Both the position numbers and the translations under genes were made by a program. The notes under the pieces were generated by a model. That model had not been told where the DNA came from. It saw only the letters and a list, made by a program, of their open reading frames with translations, and ran no database searches. 64,000 nucleotides of DNA from Candidatus Methylacidiphilales bacterium (lineage in GTDB: Bacteria > Verrucomicrobiota > Verrucomicrobiia > Methylacidiphilales > UBA1321), in NCBI GenBank assembly GCA_035948935.1, contig DASZIP010000022.1, forward strand, positions 4,541 through 68,540. The letters run 5' to 3'. Below, one piece after another: positions 42,893-52,480 of the stretch. Within the stretch, counting starts at the first letter, position 1. Every line of letters begins with the position of its first letter.

Positions 42893-43358
42893 AGGATGGG
42901 GTTCCGTGCCCATTTTGACAGAGTGCCATACGATGCTTGCCGAGATTGATGACCAGGCAGGAAATATTTATGACCGGACACGCTTGCCTTTATTGGACAT
43001 CTGTTTTCCGTATCGCGCATCATACATCCAATCCCGAAAAATAGAGTAAGGCCATGGTGTAATGTGATGATTGCGAGTATCCTCCACTGTTTAATTTGTT
43101 AATACTTGGTAAAATATTGTTTGCATAAGTTCGCATGTATTATTTATAACATAAACTATTGCCTTTAATTATCTTAACCGGTGCATAAGCATGCCATTAT
43201 TTCAAATAAAAGGACTTTATCCTTGCGCAAGCTTTACCGATTCATCTTGTACCATGTCGCATCGCTTCGATCCCGTAATTCTGCCATGCAACAACACCGT
43301 TTTTGAAAACTGAACTCAAAATTCTCCCCGACATCCTTAAACCTCCATACCACTTATT

Positions 43359-44207
43359 ATGCCCCTTGATCCAATGACCGCCGTTAAGTTCGGACATTTT
43401 GTCCAAGATGCCTATTCTCTCCTGAGCGTTCCCGATCCAGACGGATTCGTATTGACGGAGCCTGGCTATATGATCGCAAATATCCTCTACGCGGATGACC
43501 TCCTCGCCGATTTGCCGGGATATATCACCTACGGATTTATTGCGAGGTCAACGGCAGCCCCGCCCTACGATGTCGTTATCGCGATCCGCGGAACGGAGGG
43601 CATCTTCGAGTGGATGGACAACGCCGTATTTGAACATCAGGATTGTCCATTTTGGCCCAATGGCCCGAAAACCGAGGATGGCTTTACGAATATATACAAA
43701 ACACTGGGAACGGCCCCCTCGCTTGCGGGCCAACCCGCCACTGCCGCGCTCAACAGCCTTGTGACTTTATTAGGCGCGGCAAGCGTTGGAGCGGTAACCG
43801 TGTGTGGACATAGCCTTGGAGGAGCCTTGGCCACTCTGCTTATTGGCGACATAGTCGCCAAGGCGATTTGGAGCCGTCCGTCCGTCTATACATTTGCGAG
43901 TCCCGCGGTCGGAGATGAGGCATTTGCGAATGCCTTTAATGCGGAGGTTCCGCAGTCGTGGAGGATATACAACAAGCCGGATATTGTGCCCATGCTGCCG
44001 CCCCCTTTATTGGGCTATGCTCATGTGGAAACACCATACGAGATTGATTCGAGCAGCTCCACGAAGAAATCCATCATATGCTGGCATTCAATGGAAACAT
44101 ACCTTCACATGCTCGACAATTCCGAACCGCTTGATGCCGACTGTGTGTTGGGCGGCGCGTCCGTTACAGGCACTGCCCCAGTCGCATCGACCTCGGCTCC
44201 CTCATAA
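43359..44207 (+). CDS. class 3 lipase (DAD1/PLA1-like alpha/beta hydrolase), no signal peptide
   Basis: ...VVIAIRGTEGIFEWMDN...VTVCGHSLGGALATLL (GHSLG nucleophile elbow)...RIYNKPDIVPMLPP...CWHSMETYLHML (His of the triad). The region is AT-rich. Confidence 0.8.
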   Translation: MPLDPMTAVKFGHFVQDAYSLLSVPDPDGFVLTEPGYMIANILYADDLLADLPGYITYGFIARSTAAPPYDVVIAIRGTEGIFEWMDNAVFEHQDCPFWPNGPKTEDGFTNIYKTLGTAPSLAGQPATAALNSLVTLLGAASVGAVTVCGHSLGGALATLLIGDIVAKAIWSRPSVYTFASPAVGDEAFANAFNAEVPQSWRIYNKPDIVPMLPPPLLGYAHVETPYEIDSSSSTKKSIICWHSMETYLHMLDNSEPLDADCVLGGASVTGTAPVASTSAPS

Positions 44208-44217
44208 GGATAAACAC

Positions 44218-45744
44218 ATGAAATCCGCTTACTACCGGCCTGCTCTTTTAATCTTAACAACTCTTTTAGTTGCAGGATGTGGAGGAGTTGCTCTGCATAA
44301 TGACGAAATTAATTATGCCGATACAGGGGCCTACGATGCAAACGAGCAATTATTAAATAACCTGGCGCGCTATTCTTGCTACGATCCTCCCTACTTTCTT
44401 CAACTTGGTCAAATTACGGCGCTGCATACCTATCAGGGTTCGGCTGGCCTCGCTCAAGACGCGCAGTCGCATAATCATTACGGAGCCACGGCAGGTCTAA
44501 TGACAACCGAGCAACCTTCATTTCAGTTCGTGCCCATTACCGGCACGAGCTTTATGAATGCCATATCCGCTCCCATTACTCCGAAATTATTCCTTACCTT
44601 TTATAGCCAGGGTTATCCCGCCGATGTATTGGCCAGAGTCCTGATCCAATCCGTCATTTTCGTCGTCCAAGTAAAAGACCCCAAAACCGGTAAGGACAAG
44701 ATCCGGGCTTACGTGGCAAGGAATGATCCGACTGACCCAACGTATCCTGATTTTTTAATCTTTTGCCTTCGGCTGAGGAGCGAACAAATGGCCGATATCA
44801 AATGGGTCTGGAAATCCCCGGACAGGAGCTTAAAGTTAAACAATGTTACCCCGGTGGATGCGATTAATGCGCTAAACGCGGGATATCAGCTAAAGAATGC
44901 CCCACCTGTGGCAAATTCAACAAACGGGTTGAGTTCATCAGCCGTGTCGGGTTCATCCGATGTCACGAGCGCATCAAAGCAATCGCCAAATAATGGCAAC
45001 TCCGTGGAGTTGTCCACACCAGGAGAGTCGGGATTATTCGTTACGGGTCAAGAATATGAGGGACTTGGAGATTATCAAATTACAGACGAGCAAAATGATG
45101 TATTACACCATCTACCAATTTTGTCGTTGGCAGCTAAAAAAGCATTAGGCACAAAAAATGCGAAAAATGATTTTTTTGTGAGCTTTCCAGGTACTCCGTC
45201 GAAAGTTTATTTTAATGGTAGCCATGAACAGATCAGTGACTCTGTTGAAGACATCTTCCAAATGCGCACGTTTGTAGAGGTGCTTCGCGCAACTGCGCAA
45301 GAAAAGGCTGAGTTTTCAGAACGATTCGGACCAAACGCCTCGGGAAACACGATGATCAAACCGTATCAAGGATCGAATGATCTCTGGAGTTTGATACCCG
45401 ATAATGGTCCCATTAAGGGCCCCTATTTGGTTCAGCCCATTTTGAGATTGAATCGCGAGGACCTTTCGGACTTGCTTTCGGCTAAGCATCGCCAGGTAAT
45501 GAATTCATCTTATTCCATCCTTGCCTCTGTCCATTATGATTCCAAGGATTATGTCCTTGGTGATTTAATGGATGAAAATGGGGTTCCAGTGGTGAACGCT
45601 CTGCGTAACAATGACAAAAATGATCGGCTTGATTCCTTGTTAACGTCCAACAAACAGGTCTTTCTTTTAATTTCTGAACTATACGCAGATATTTCGATCG
45701 ACCCAAAAAATCTTCCTGTTCAGCAATTCATCCAAACTCAGTAG
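44218..45744 (+). CDS. orphan lipoprotein (508 aa)
   Basis: MKSAYYRPALLILTTLLVAGCGG is a classical lipobox. It starts 10 nt after the lipase stop. I recognise no family. The N-terminal extension of the track ORF (from 43894) is rejected because it overlaps the lipase gene. Confidence 0.6.
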   Translation: MKSAYYRPALLILTTLLVAGCGGVALHNDEINYADTGAYDANEQLLNNLARYSCYDPPYFLQLGQITALHTYQGSAGLAQDAQSHNHYGATAGLMTTEQPSFQFVPITGTSFMNAISAPITPKLFLTFYSQGYPADVLARVLIQSVIFVVQVKDPKTGKDKIRAYVARNDPTDPTYPDFLIFCLRLRSEQMADIKWVWKSPDRSLKLNNVTPVDAINALNAGYQLKNAPPVANSTNGLSSSAVSGSSDVTSASKQSPNNGNSVELSTPGESGLFVTGQEYEGLGDYQITDEQNDVLHHLPILSLAAKKALGTKNAKNDFFVSFPGTPSKVYFNGSHEQISDSVEDIFQMRTFVEVLRATAQEKAEFSERFGPNASGNTMIKPYQGSNDLWSLIPDNGPIKGPYLVQPILRLNREDLSDLLSAKHRQVMNSSYSILASVHYDSKDYVLGDLMDENGVPVVNALRNNDKNDRLDSLLTSNKQVFLLISELYADISIDPKNLPVQQFIQTQ

Positions 45745-45920
45745 AGGAAATCTAATCTGCTATGCGCATAGGCGTTCGTGGTGGTCAGTTCTAGGGGAAG
45801 GCATCTTTTATATCTCCCTTCCCCTTGAAACTTGACTGTGGAGCCTGGCCCGTTCGTTCTCTTTTGTCAGTTGTGGCTGAAAGTGGCTAAAACTTGGCTT
45901 AAGAAGTGATAGATTTCTCC

Positions 45921-45936
45921 TCGGACGGACCCTTTG
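45921..45936 (+). repeat. 16-nt direct repeat, copy 2 (TCGGACGGACCCTTTG)
   Basis: See 42877-42892. Confidence 0.7.
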
Positions 45937-46096
45937 GCGACTGGTTTCTGCGTCCAATCAAAAACGAGATACTCCCCCCATCGTGGGAAACGTGGAAGCC
46001 CTACCATGCCAGTTCATAAGAAGAATGGACTTTACATGCGGCTGCGATATTCTCACAAAGAGTGTAGTTGCCATTTTGGCTGCTCTAAGGAGAATA

Positions 46097-49000
46097 ATGC
46101 GCTTCTTTCTTGCTAAATCTCTTTGCATCGGATTTTTTGTCTGGCTGGTGTCGGCTTCGGTTTGGGTGTCAGCCCAGACCCTTAACCTTACCCAGTACGT
46201 TAATCCGTTCATCGGCACAAATCCCTGTCCGACTGGAACGGGCGGATTCACTTTTGATACCGGCGACGTCTTTCCCGGAGCCACCACACCGGAGGGCATG
46301 GTGCAATTCAGCCCCGATACGCCCAGCAACCAGGCGGGAGGCTATTGGTATCCCGACACAACGATCAAGGCCTTCAGCCTGACCCACTTTTCCGGGCGCG
46401 GGATTCCTGTCTATGGCGACTTTGGTTTCTATCCGGTTGCGGGAGCGGTAAGCGCTTCGACCAGCTTTAGTTTTGCCAATTACACGACAGCGTTCTCGCA
46501 CAGCAACGAGACGGCTTTGCCCGGCTATTACAAAGTGGTGCTTAACAACAACCAGACGGTGGAACTGACGGACACCACTCATACCGGGATGATGCAGGCG
46601 ACCTATCCCTCCGGCACCACGGTGGGAACCATTTTTCTGAACATGGCCAATAATGTGCGCGGGATCAGCGCCGCCGCGGTCAGCATCGTCAATGGCAATG
46701 AGGTGACGGGATATGCCACCAGTACGACCAGTGGCGGTCAAGCCTACACGGTTTACATTTCGGTGGTCTTTGATCAGACCATTACGGCGTCGGGCACATG
46801 GAATGGAACAACATTGAGCACGACCAATCAATCGACGAGCACGACGAGCGGAGCGCAGTTGGGCGCTTATGTTTCTTTCAAGACGTCGTCCGCGAATGAG
46901 GTTGTCCATGCGACGGCCGGAATTTCCTACGTCAGCATTGCGAATGCCGAGTTGAACCGGACGACCGAAAACCCGTCGGGCACGAGTTTTTCCACCGTGG
47001 AACAGAACGCCGGCAGCGCTTGGAATACCCAGCTCAATCACATTCAAATCACGGACCCGAATGCATCGGTGAACAACCTGACCGTTTTCTATACGGAATT
47101 CTATCACACGTTGATTCACCCGAACATTTTCGATGACGTGAACGGACAGTACATCGGCTTCGATAACGCGATTCACACTCTAACGGGCGGGCACCATCAT
47201 TATACCGATATCTCCGGATGGGACCTGTACCGCTCGGCAAGCCCGCTCAAGGCTTTCCTCCTACCCGGCTACTATTCGGACGTGGCCCAATCCATGGTGG
47301 ATGATGCCTCGCAATCTGGTTACGTGGGACGATGGATCCAGCAAAATAGCGATTCCGCGGGAATGATTGGCGACGGGGGCATCATCGAGCTGGCGGATGC
47401 TTACGCTTTTGGCGCCACCAACTTCGACACCAGCACCGCTCTGACCTACATGAATGACAATGCCTCCGGGTCCAACGGATATCGTGCGGGCGAAAACCAG
47501 TTTCTGTCACTCGGTTGGGTCTATAATGATGGCAACTCGACCGAGGGCTCGTCGACTTTGGAATACGCCGTTTCGGACATGGCCATGGCCCAATTCTCGC
47601 AGAGCATGGGGAATACGGCTTATTACCAGAAGTATCAGACGAGCGCTCAATACTGGCGCAATATGTTTAATGCCAGCACGTTGTATCTCACCTCCCGCAA
47701 TTCATCCGGTGGGTGGGATAGCACAAGCTCGGGTTGGGCGGAAGGCTCGCAGGGGCAGTACACCTGGATGGTGCCGTTCAATCAAAATGGCCTCTTCACC
47801 GCCATGGGCGGTAATGCCAACGTTGTATCGAGGCTGGACGCCTACTTTGGTTGGAATGCCGCCACACAAATGTATACGACGCTTAATGCCAACCTTGGCT
47901 CCCAGATGCAATGCGACGGTAATGAGCCGGATGAATCGCAGCCTTGGGCCTATCTTTACGCGGGTGCGCCATGGAAGACGCAAAAGGTGATGCGCGACAT
48001 CCAGACGACCCTCTATACCAACACGCCGGGCGGCCTGCCTGGCAATGATGATGGCGGCGCTGAATCAAGCCGGTATGTCTTATCCGCGCTGGGAATTTAC
48101 CCGCTGATTTCCGGTGTCGGGGGGTTTGTGATCGGATCGCCCCTGTTCGCCAGCGCCACAGTCACGACGGATACGGGGCATGTCTTGCAAATCAACGGTA
48201 CCAACGCCGCGCCTGGCAATCCCTACGTGCAGAGTTTCCAGGTGAACGGCGTCTCAAGCACGAGTTTGTGGTTGCCGGTGAGCACCATTCTCAACAACCC
48301 GACGACGACCCTTGGTTTTACGCTCGGATCGACCCCGAACACATCCTGGGGAACGAGTCCGGCCGATGCGCCGCCTTCCTTCGACGCGCCGGGAACAACC
48401 ACGCCAACCATTGCGACAGCGCCGTCGGCCACTCCTTCGCCGGTAACGGGAACGACGATGACATTGAGCGTCCTGGGCGCCGACACCGGTCCGAACGGGG
48501 AGCCGGGACTGACCTATACGTGGAGCACAACGGCAGTTCCAACCGGGGTGGCGACACCGACATTTGGCAGCGGCAACGGAACCAATGCCGGGAAGAATCT
48601 GGTCGCGACATTTTATGCGGTGGGCAGTTACACCTTTCAAGTCGCAATTTCGAACGGCCTGCAGTCGGTGGATGGCACGGTCAGTGTGACCGTGAACCAG
48701 GCGGCGACCGGCATGGTGGTGATCACCCCTTCCGCGTCTTCCATTTATCCTGGTTGCACGCAGCAGTTTTCAGCCTTCGTGGCGGACCAATTTGGCAATG
48801 CCATAGCCACATCCCCACTTTCCGCGACGTGGTCGGTGACCGGCGGCTCCGGGAGCATCGGCGCGAGCAGCGGCTTGTTCCAGGCGGCGACAACGAATGG
48901 CGCCACCACCATCCAGGCGGTCAGTGGTTCCTATTCGGGGACGACAACCATTACGGTTGTCACTCCTCCGTCCGATGTCACGAATGGCCTGGTCGGGAGA

Positions 49001-51154
49001 TGGAATTTTGAAGAAGGAAGCGGCACGACCGCCCACGATACCTCCGGGAACTCCAACAATGGCACGCTGGAGGATGTGACGGGTGACTTGACGTGGTTTA
49101 CGCCGGGCGCGGTCGGGGAAGAATGTCTTAGCTATCCCAATGGCACCTTGGAATATGTGAAAGTCCCCGATGCGTCAAGCCTCGACCCGACGACGGGGAT
49201 TACGTTGTCGGCATGGGTGAATGTAACGAACTGGAACCAGAGCGAGAGCGCCAACCCGCGCATTATGGAAAAAGGCAATTCGGGCGGCGCCAATTCTGGG
49301 GACAATCAATACCGATTGTTGGTTGAAGACGGCGTGCTTAAGTTTGACCTGACGGGGGTCAGCCCCACTCCCTTGACGGCGCCCATCCCGACTGCCGGCG
49401 TATGGCACTTGATCGCGGGCACATACAACGGCTCAACGATGAGCCTTTATGTCGATAATGTCATGGTTGCCAGCCAGAGCGCCACGGGCGCGATTACAAC
49501 TCAGACCGGCTCGGCAAGCCCGCTGATCCTCGGCGGCAAAAACACGGTCTCGCAGACCACCAGCAACATCCTCTACGGCCTGCTCGATGATGCGCGCGTC
49601 TACAACCGCGGCTTGAGCCCCGCCGAGATGACCACTCTCTATAACGCGGCGACCGCGTCGCCCTGGTTCGCCACTGCTGCTGCGGCCAGCCCGGCAAGCG
49701 TTCTGCTGGGCTCGACCTCGACGCTTTCGGTCCTGGGAGCGGACGTCAACGGCGAAAGTATTTTGAACTATACATGGCAAACGACCGGGACGCCTCCCGC
49801 TCCGGTGACTTTTAGCGCCAACGGCACCAATAGCGCCAAGCAAACCGTCGCCTCATTCACACAGCCCGGCACCTATAACTTCCTCGTTACGGCGACCGAT
49901 CCACAGGGCCGGACAGCAACAAGCAGCGTGAGTGTTTCCGTAACGACGACCTTTGATGCGTCCTTCTCTTCAGCGGCGACGGTTCCTCTGACCGCGAACG
50001 GCTTCACGGCCACCGGGTTGAGCCTCAGCCTGAATCTGTCCTACGCGCCTTCTCCGGGCGACGTGTTGGTGGCCATTGACAATACCAGCTCAAATCCGAT
50101 CAGCGGCACATTCACGAATCTACCAAATAATGGAATCATCAGCACCGTCTATAACGGCATCACTTATTATTTCACCGCCAACTATGCGGGAGGAGGCACG
50201 GGTAACGACTTGACGCTGACTTTGGATGCCGCGCCAGCCATCACCAGCGCAAACAGCACAGCCTTTACCCTCGGCCAGCCGGGTAGTTTTACCGTGACAG
50301 CGACGGGCAAGCCTGCACCTGCATACACGGAGAGCGGCTTTCCCTCCTGGGTCGCCTTGAACCCAACAACAGGCGTACTCTCGGGCACGCCGACCGCCAC
50401 GGGCGCCTACACCGGCACGATTACCGCGGGCAACGGTATCGGTACTGATGCAACGCAAAACTTTTCGATCGCCGTACAGCAGGCGCCGTTGATCACCAAT
50501 GGGCCGCCGGCAACCGCTGCGATCAACGCGGCCTACAGCTTTGCCTACACGGCGAATGGCTATCCTGCACCGACATTCTCCGTAACTTCGGGAGCGTTGC
50601 CTACGGGACTGACTCTCTCTTCAGCGGGCGTTATTTCCGGTACGCCAACCGCGATAGGCACCTACACCGGCACGGTGAGCGCTGGCAACGGCGTTGGCAC
50701 GGCCGCCACGCAAAACTTCAGCATCTCGATCGTCAACGGCTATACGCAATGGGCCAACGGCTACTTTGGCTCGGGTTCTCCGAACGGAGCTCCGGCGGCA
50801 ACTCCTGAAAATGACGGAGTCCCGAATCTGCTCAAGTACCTCTACGACATCAATCCGACCACGCCGATGAACTCTGCGGACCTCGCGGCGTTGTCTGTGG
50901 TGGGCTTGGACACGACAACGACTCCCGGAACAAAATATATCACGCTTACTTATCGCGAGAACCCATTTGCAAGCGGCCTCACGATCAACGTGCAAACCTC
51001 AAGTGATTTACAAACATGGACGACCGTGAGTCCTCCTGATCTTTCCAAGCAAGTCGGCACCGATTTAACCACCGGAGATCCGATCATGGAAGTTGGAGTC
51101 ATCGTAAACAGCCCGAGCAAGCAATTTATCCGCTTGAATGTCATCACTCAATAA
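46097..51154 (+). CDS. giant secreted GH92-family alpha-mannosidase-like protein fused to Ig-like, LamG and He_PIG-type repeats
   Basis: Signal peptide MRFFLAKSLCIGFFVWLVSASVWVSA. GH92 N-terminal hallmark: YVNPFIGT...FPGATTPEGMVQFSPDT...FSLTHFSGRG. Ig-like modules span about 48400-48960. A LamG/ConA-like domain spans about 48965-49645 (GRWNFEEGSGTTAHDTSGN...LDDARVYNRGLS). Three putative-Ig repeats (...GVLSGTPTATGAYTGTI...) span about 50228-50745. The start is the ATG at 46097. Confidence 0.8.
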   Translation: MRFFLAKSLCIGFFVWLVSASVWVSAQTLNLTQYVNPFIGTNPCPTGTGGFTFDTGDVFPGATTPEGMVQFSPDTPSNQAGGYWYPDTTIKAFSLTHFSGRGIPVYGDFGFYPVAGAVSASTSFSFANYTTAFSHSNETALPGYYKVVLNNNQTVELTDTTHTGMMQATYPSGTTVGTIFLNMANNVRGISAAAVSIVNGNEVTGYATSTTSGGQAYTVYISVVFDQTITASGTWNGTTLSTTNQSTSTTSGAQLGAYVSFKTSSANEVVHATAGISYVSIANAELNRTTENPSGTSFSTVEQNAGSAWNTQLNHIQITDPNASVNNLTVFYTEFYHTLIHPNIFDDVNGQYIGFDNAIHTLTGGHHHYTDISGWDLYRSASPLKAFLLPGYYSDVAQSMVDDASQSGYVGRWIQQNSDSAGMIGDGGIIELADAYAFGATNFDTSTALTYMNDNASGSNGYRAGENQFLSLGWVYNDGNSTEGSSTLEYAVSDMAMAQFSQSMGNTAYYQKYQTSAQYWRNMFNASTLYLTSRNSSGGWDSTSSGWAEGSQGQYTWMVPFNQNGLFTAMGGNANVVSRLDAYFGWNAATQMYTTLNANLGSQMQCDGNEPDESQPWAYLYAGAPWKTQKVMRDIQTTLYTNTPGGLPGNDDGGAESSRYVLSALGIYPLISGVGGFVIGSPLFASATVTTDTGHVLQINGTNAAPGNPYVQSFQVNGVSSTSLWLPVSTILNNPTTTLGFTLGSTPNTSWGTSPADAPPSFDAPGTTTPTIATAPSATPSPVTGTTMTLSVLGADTGPNGEPGLTYTWSTTAVPTGVATPTFGSGNGTNAGKNLVATFYAVGSYTFQVAISNGLQSVDGTVSVTVNQAATGMVVITPSASSIYPGCTQQFSAFVADQFGNAIATSPLSATWSVTGGSGSIGASSGLFQAATTNGATTIQAVSGSYSGTTTITVVTPPSDVTNGLVGRWNFEEGSGTTAHDTSGNSNNGTLEDVTGDLTWFTPGAVGEECLSYPNGTLEYVKVPDASSLDPTTGITLSAWVNVTNWNQSESANPRIMEKGNSGGANSGDNQYRLLVEDGVLKFDLTGVSPTPLTAPIPTAGVWHLIAGTYNGSTMSLYVDNVMVASQSATGAITTQTGSASPLILGGKNTVSQTTSNILYGLLDDARVYNRGLSPAEMTTLYNAATASPWFATAAAASPASVLLGSTSTLSVLGADVNGESILNYTWQTTGTPPAPVTFSANGTNSAKQTVASFTQPGTYNFLVTATDPQGRTATSSVSVSVTTTFDASFSSAATVPLTANGFTATGLSLSLNLSYAPSPGDVLVAIDNTSSNPISGTFTNLPNNGIISTVYNGITYYFTANYAGGGTGNDLTLTLDAAPAITSANSTAFTLGQPGSFTVTATGKPAPAYTESGFPSWVALNPTTGVLSGTPTATGAYTGTITAGNGIGTDATQNFSIAVQQAPLITNGPPATAAINAAYSFAYTANGYPAPTFSVTSGALPTGLTLSSAGVISGTPTAIGTYTGTVSAGNGVGTAATQNFSISIVNGYTQWANGYFGSGSPNGAPAATPENDGVPNLLKYLYDINPTTPMNSADLAALSVVGLDTTTTPGTKYITLTYRENPFASGLTINVQTSSDLQTWTTVSPPDLSKQVGTDLTTGDPIMEVGVIVNSPSKQFIRLNVITQ

Positions 51155-51164
51155 ATGAGACCTG

Positions 51165-51237
51165 TGGAGCCTAGGGGATTCGAACCCCTGACCTCCTCAA
51201 TGCCATTGAGGCGCTCTACCAACTGAGCTAAGACCCC
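51165..51237 (-). tRNA. tRNA-Ala (anticodon GGC)
   Basis: Reverse complement: GGGGTCT-TA-GCTC-AGTTGGTA-GAGC-G-CCTCA-ATGGCAT-TGAGG-AGGTC-AGGGG-TTCGAAT-CCCCT-AGGCTCC-A. The G3:U70 identity pair is present. The anticodon loop is identical to E. coli tRNA-Ala(GGC). CCA is not encoded. Confidence 0.9.
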
Positions 51238-51317
51238 GATCAGGCGTCGCGCAAAACGCGAACGCGAGCGATAAGAATAAGCATCTCCTCGCCCGGCTTA
51301 CAACGGAAATTCGCGGG

Positions 51318-52472
51318 TTACCGCGCCCGTCCGATTGTTTCGAGGAGCTGATTCAGCACGACCGGCGCGGAGCAATGCGTTTCCGCGATCCGGCGCGCGG
51401 CGCGTCCGTGTTTGACAGGGTCTTTTGCCACGGTTTCCAGCGCGTTGCGCGCGCTTTCCTCGTCGTGGAAGGCGAGCAGCCCTTCGCCGTGCGGATAGAA
51501 ATCGGTCCAGCCGGTCTCCTGCAAAATGACCGGGCGGCCCAGGGCGAGATAGGCGACGCTGCGGTCGCTGAACCAGCCGCAGCGCGAGCGGACGTAGCCG
51601 TTTTTGGCCACGCAAAATTCGCCCCGGCTTTGCGCGAGGTAGTCGCGGTAACGCCGCCACGGCGTGTTGAGGGGACGCGCATCGACCAGCCTCCAGCCGC
51701 CTTCGAGGAACTGCCGCGTCGCCTGGTCCTCGGGATGGAGATCGGTGGCGATTTCAAGTTTTTCCCCCGTCTTTTTCGGGAGATCGGCAAGCCGGGCGAA
51801 CTCCTCTGATTTGTTGCCGTACCACATGCCGTCGTATTCGACCTGGGGATAGCCGTACCAATGGGTGAACGTGGTCCACACGTCGCCCGGTTGCTCCGCG
51901 TTCGGGTTGGTAAAGTAGTCGAGCACGACGGGCACACCGGCCGGCAGCCAGGCGCGTCCGGCGAGGGGCGCGCGGCATCCCTTTTTGCCGAGATGGCGGC
52001 CGATGGAGACGAACTTGTCGTGGCCGTCGAGGTTCATGTCGGACTTGTAGATTTCGGCCCAGATTTGGGTGAAGGCGGGATCGATATCGAGGTAAATTTT
52101 TTCCCGCGCCGCGGCGAGGACGTCGCCGTGTTTGAAATGGCCGGAGATGTTGAAGAGGAATTCGGCGTCGCGCGCGAAGCCCACCAGGCCGGGGAGTTCC
52201 TCCGACCGGCCGTCGAAGAGGAGCGTGGCGCGGCCCTCCAGGCCGAACTCGTTCTTCACGGCGTTCCAGTGGGCGAGATTGGCGCTGAGGGCCGGCGCGC
52301 ATTTTTGGCCGTTGGCGTCGATGCATTTCGAGGAGGGGACATCCTCGACCATCCAGACGTCCCAGCCCGCCTGGCGAAATCCGAGCACCCATTGCAGGAA
52401 GGCCCAGGTGTTGCCCGCGGCATGGAGCGGGTACGAGGCGATGCCGACTCCGATGATGACGCGGCGGGGCAT
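51318..52472 (-). CDS. glycosyltransferase-like protein (CgeB/GT1-type C-terminal domain)
   Basis: The C-terminal region ...YLAQSRGEFCVAKNGYVRSRCGWFSDRSVAYLALGRPVILQETGW...LLAFHDEESARNALETVAKDP...RRIAE... resembles the Glyco_trans_1_2 pattern. The start is the internal ATG at 52470-52472. Confidence 0.55.
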   Translation of the reverse strand: MPRRVIIGVGIASYPLHAAGNTWAFLQWVLGFRQAGWDVWMVEDVPSSKCIDANGQKCAPALSANLAHWNAVKNEFGLEGRATLLFDGRSEELPGLVGFARDAEFLFNISGHFKHGDVLAAAREKIYLDIDPAFTQIWAEIYKSDMNLDGHDKFVSIGRHLGKKGCRAPLAGRAWLPAGVPVVLDYFTNPNAEQPGDVWTTFTHWYGYPQVEYDGMWYGNKSEEFARLADLPKKTGEKLEIATDLHPEDQATRQFLEGGWRLVDARPLNTPWRRYRDYLAQSRGEFCVAKNGYVRSRCGWFSDRSVAYLALGRPVILQETGWTDFYPHGEGLLAFHDEESARNALETVAKDPVKHGRAARRIAETHCSAPVVLNQLLETIGRAR

Positions 52473-52480
52473 AAATCGAG

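Noticed and set aside
42845-43050. A minus-strand ORF fragment (MMRDTENRCPIKASVSGHKYFLPGHQSRQASYG...) considered as a transposase remnant at the left edge of the tRNA-Ala island.
   Set aside because: There is only a vague resemblance (HKYFLP) to IS91-type sequences. The fragment is short, has no catalytic motifs and no terminal repeats. That is too weak to report as a feature.
43894-45744. A 616-aa version of the lipoprotein ORF starting inside the lipase gene.
   Set aside because: The N-terminal 108 codons overlap the lipase CDS out of frame and are Arg/Pro-rich. The internal ATG at 44218 gives a clean signal peptide and lipobox, 10 nt after the lipase stop.
45793-45823. Hairpin GGGGAAGG-(15 nt)-CCTTCCCC after the lipoprotein gene, considered as an intrinsic terminator.
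   Set aside because: The loop is large and the stem is followed by TTGAAAC rather than a T-run. It is plausible but not supportable without 3'-end data.
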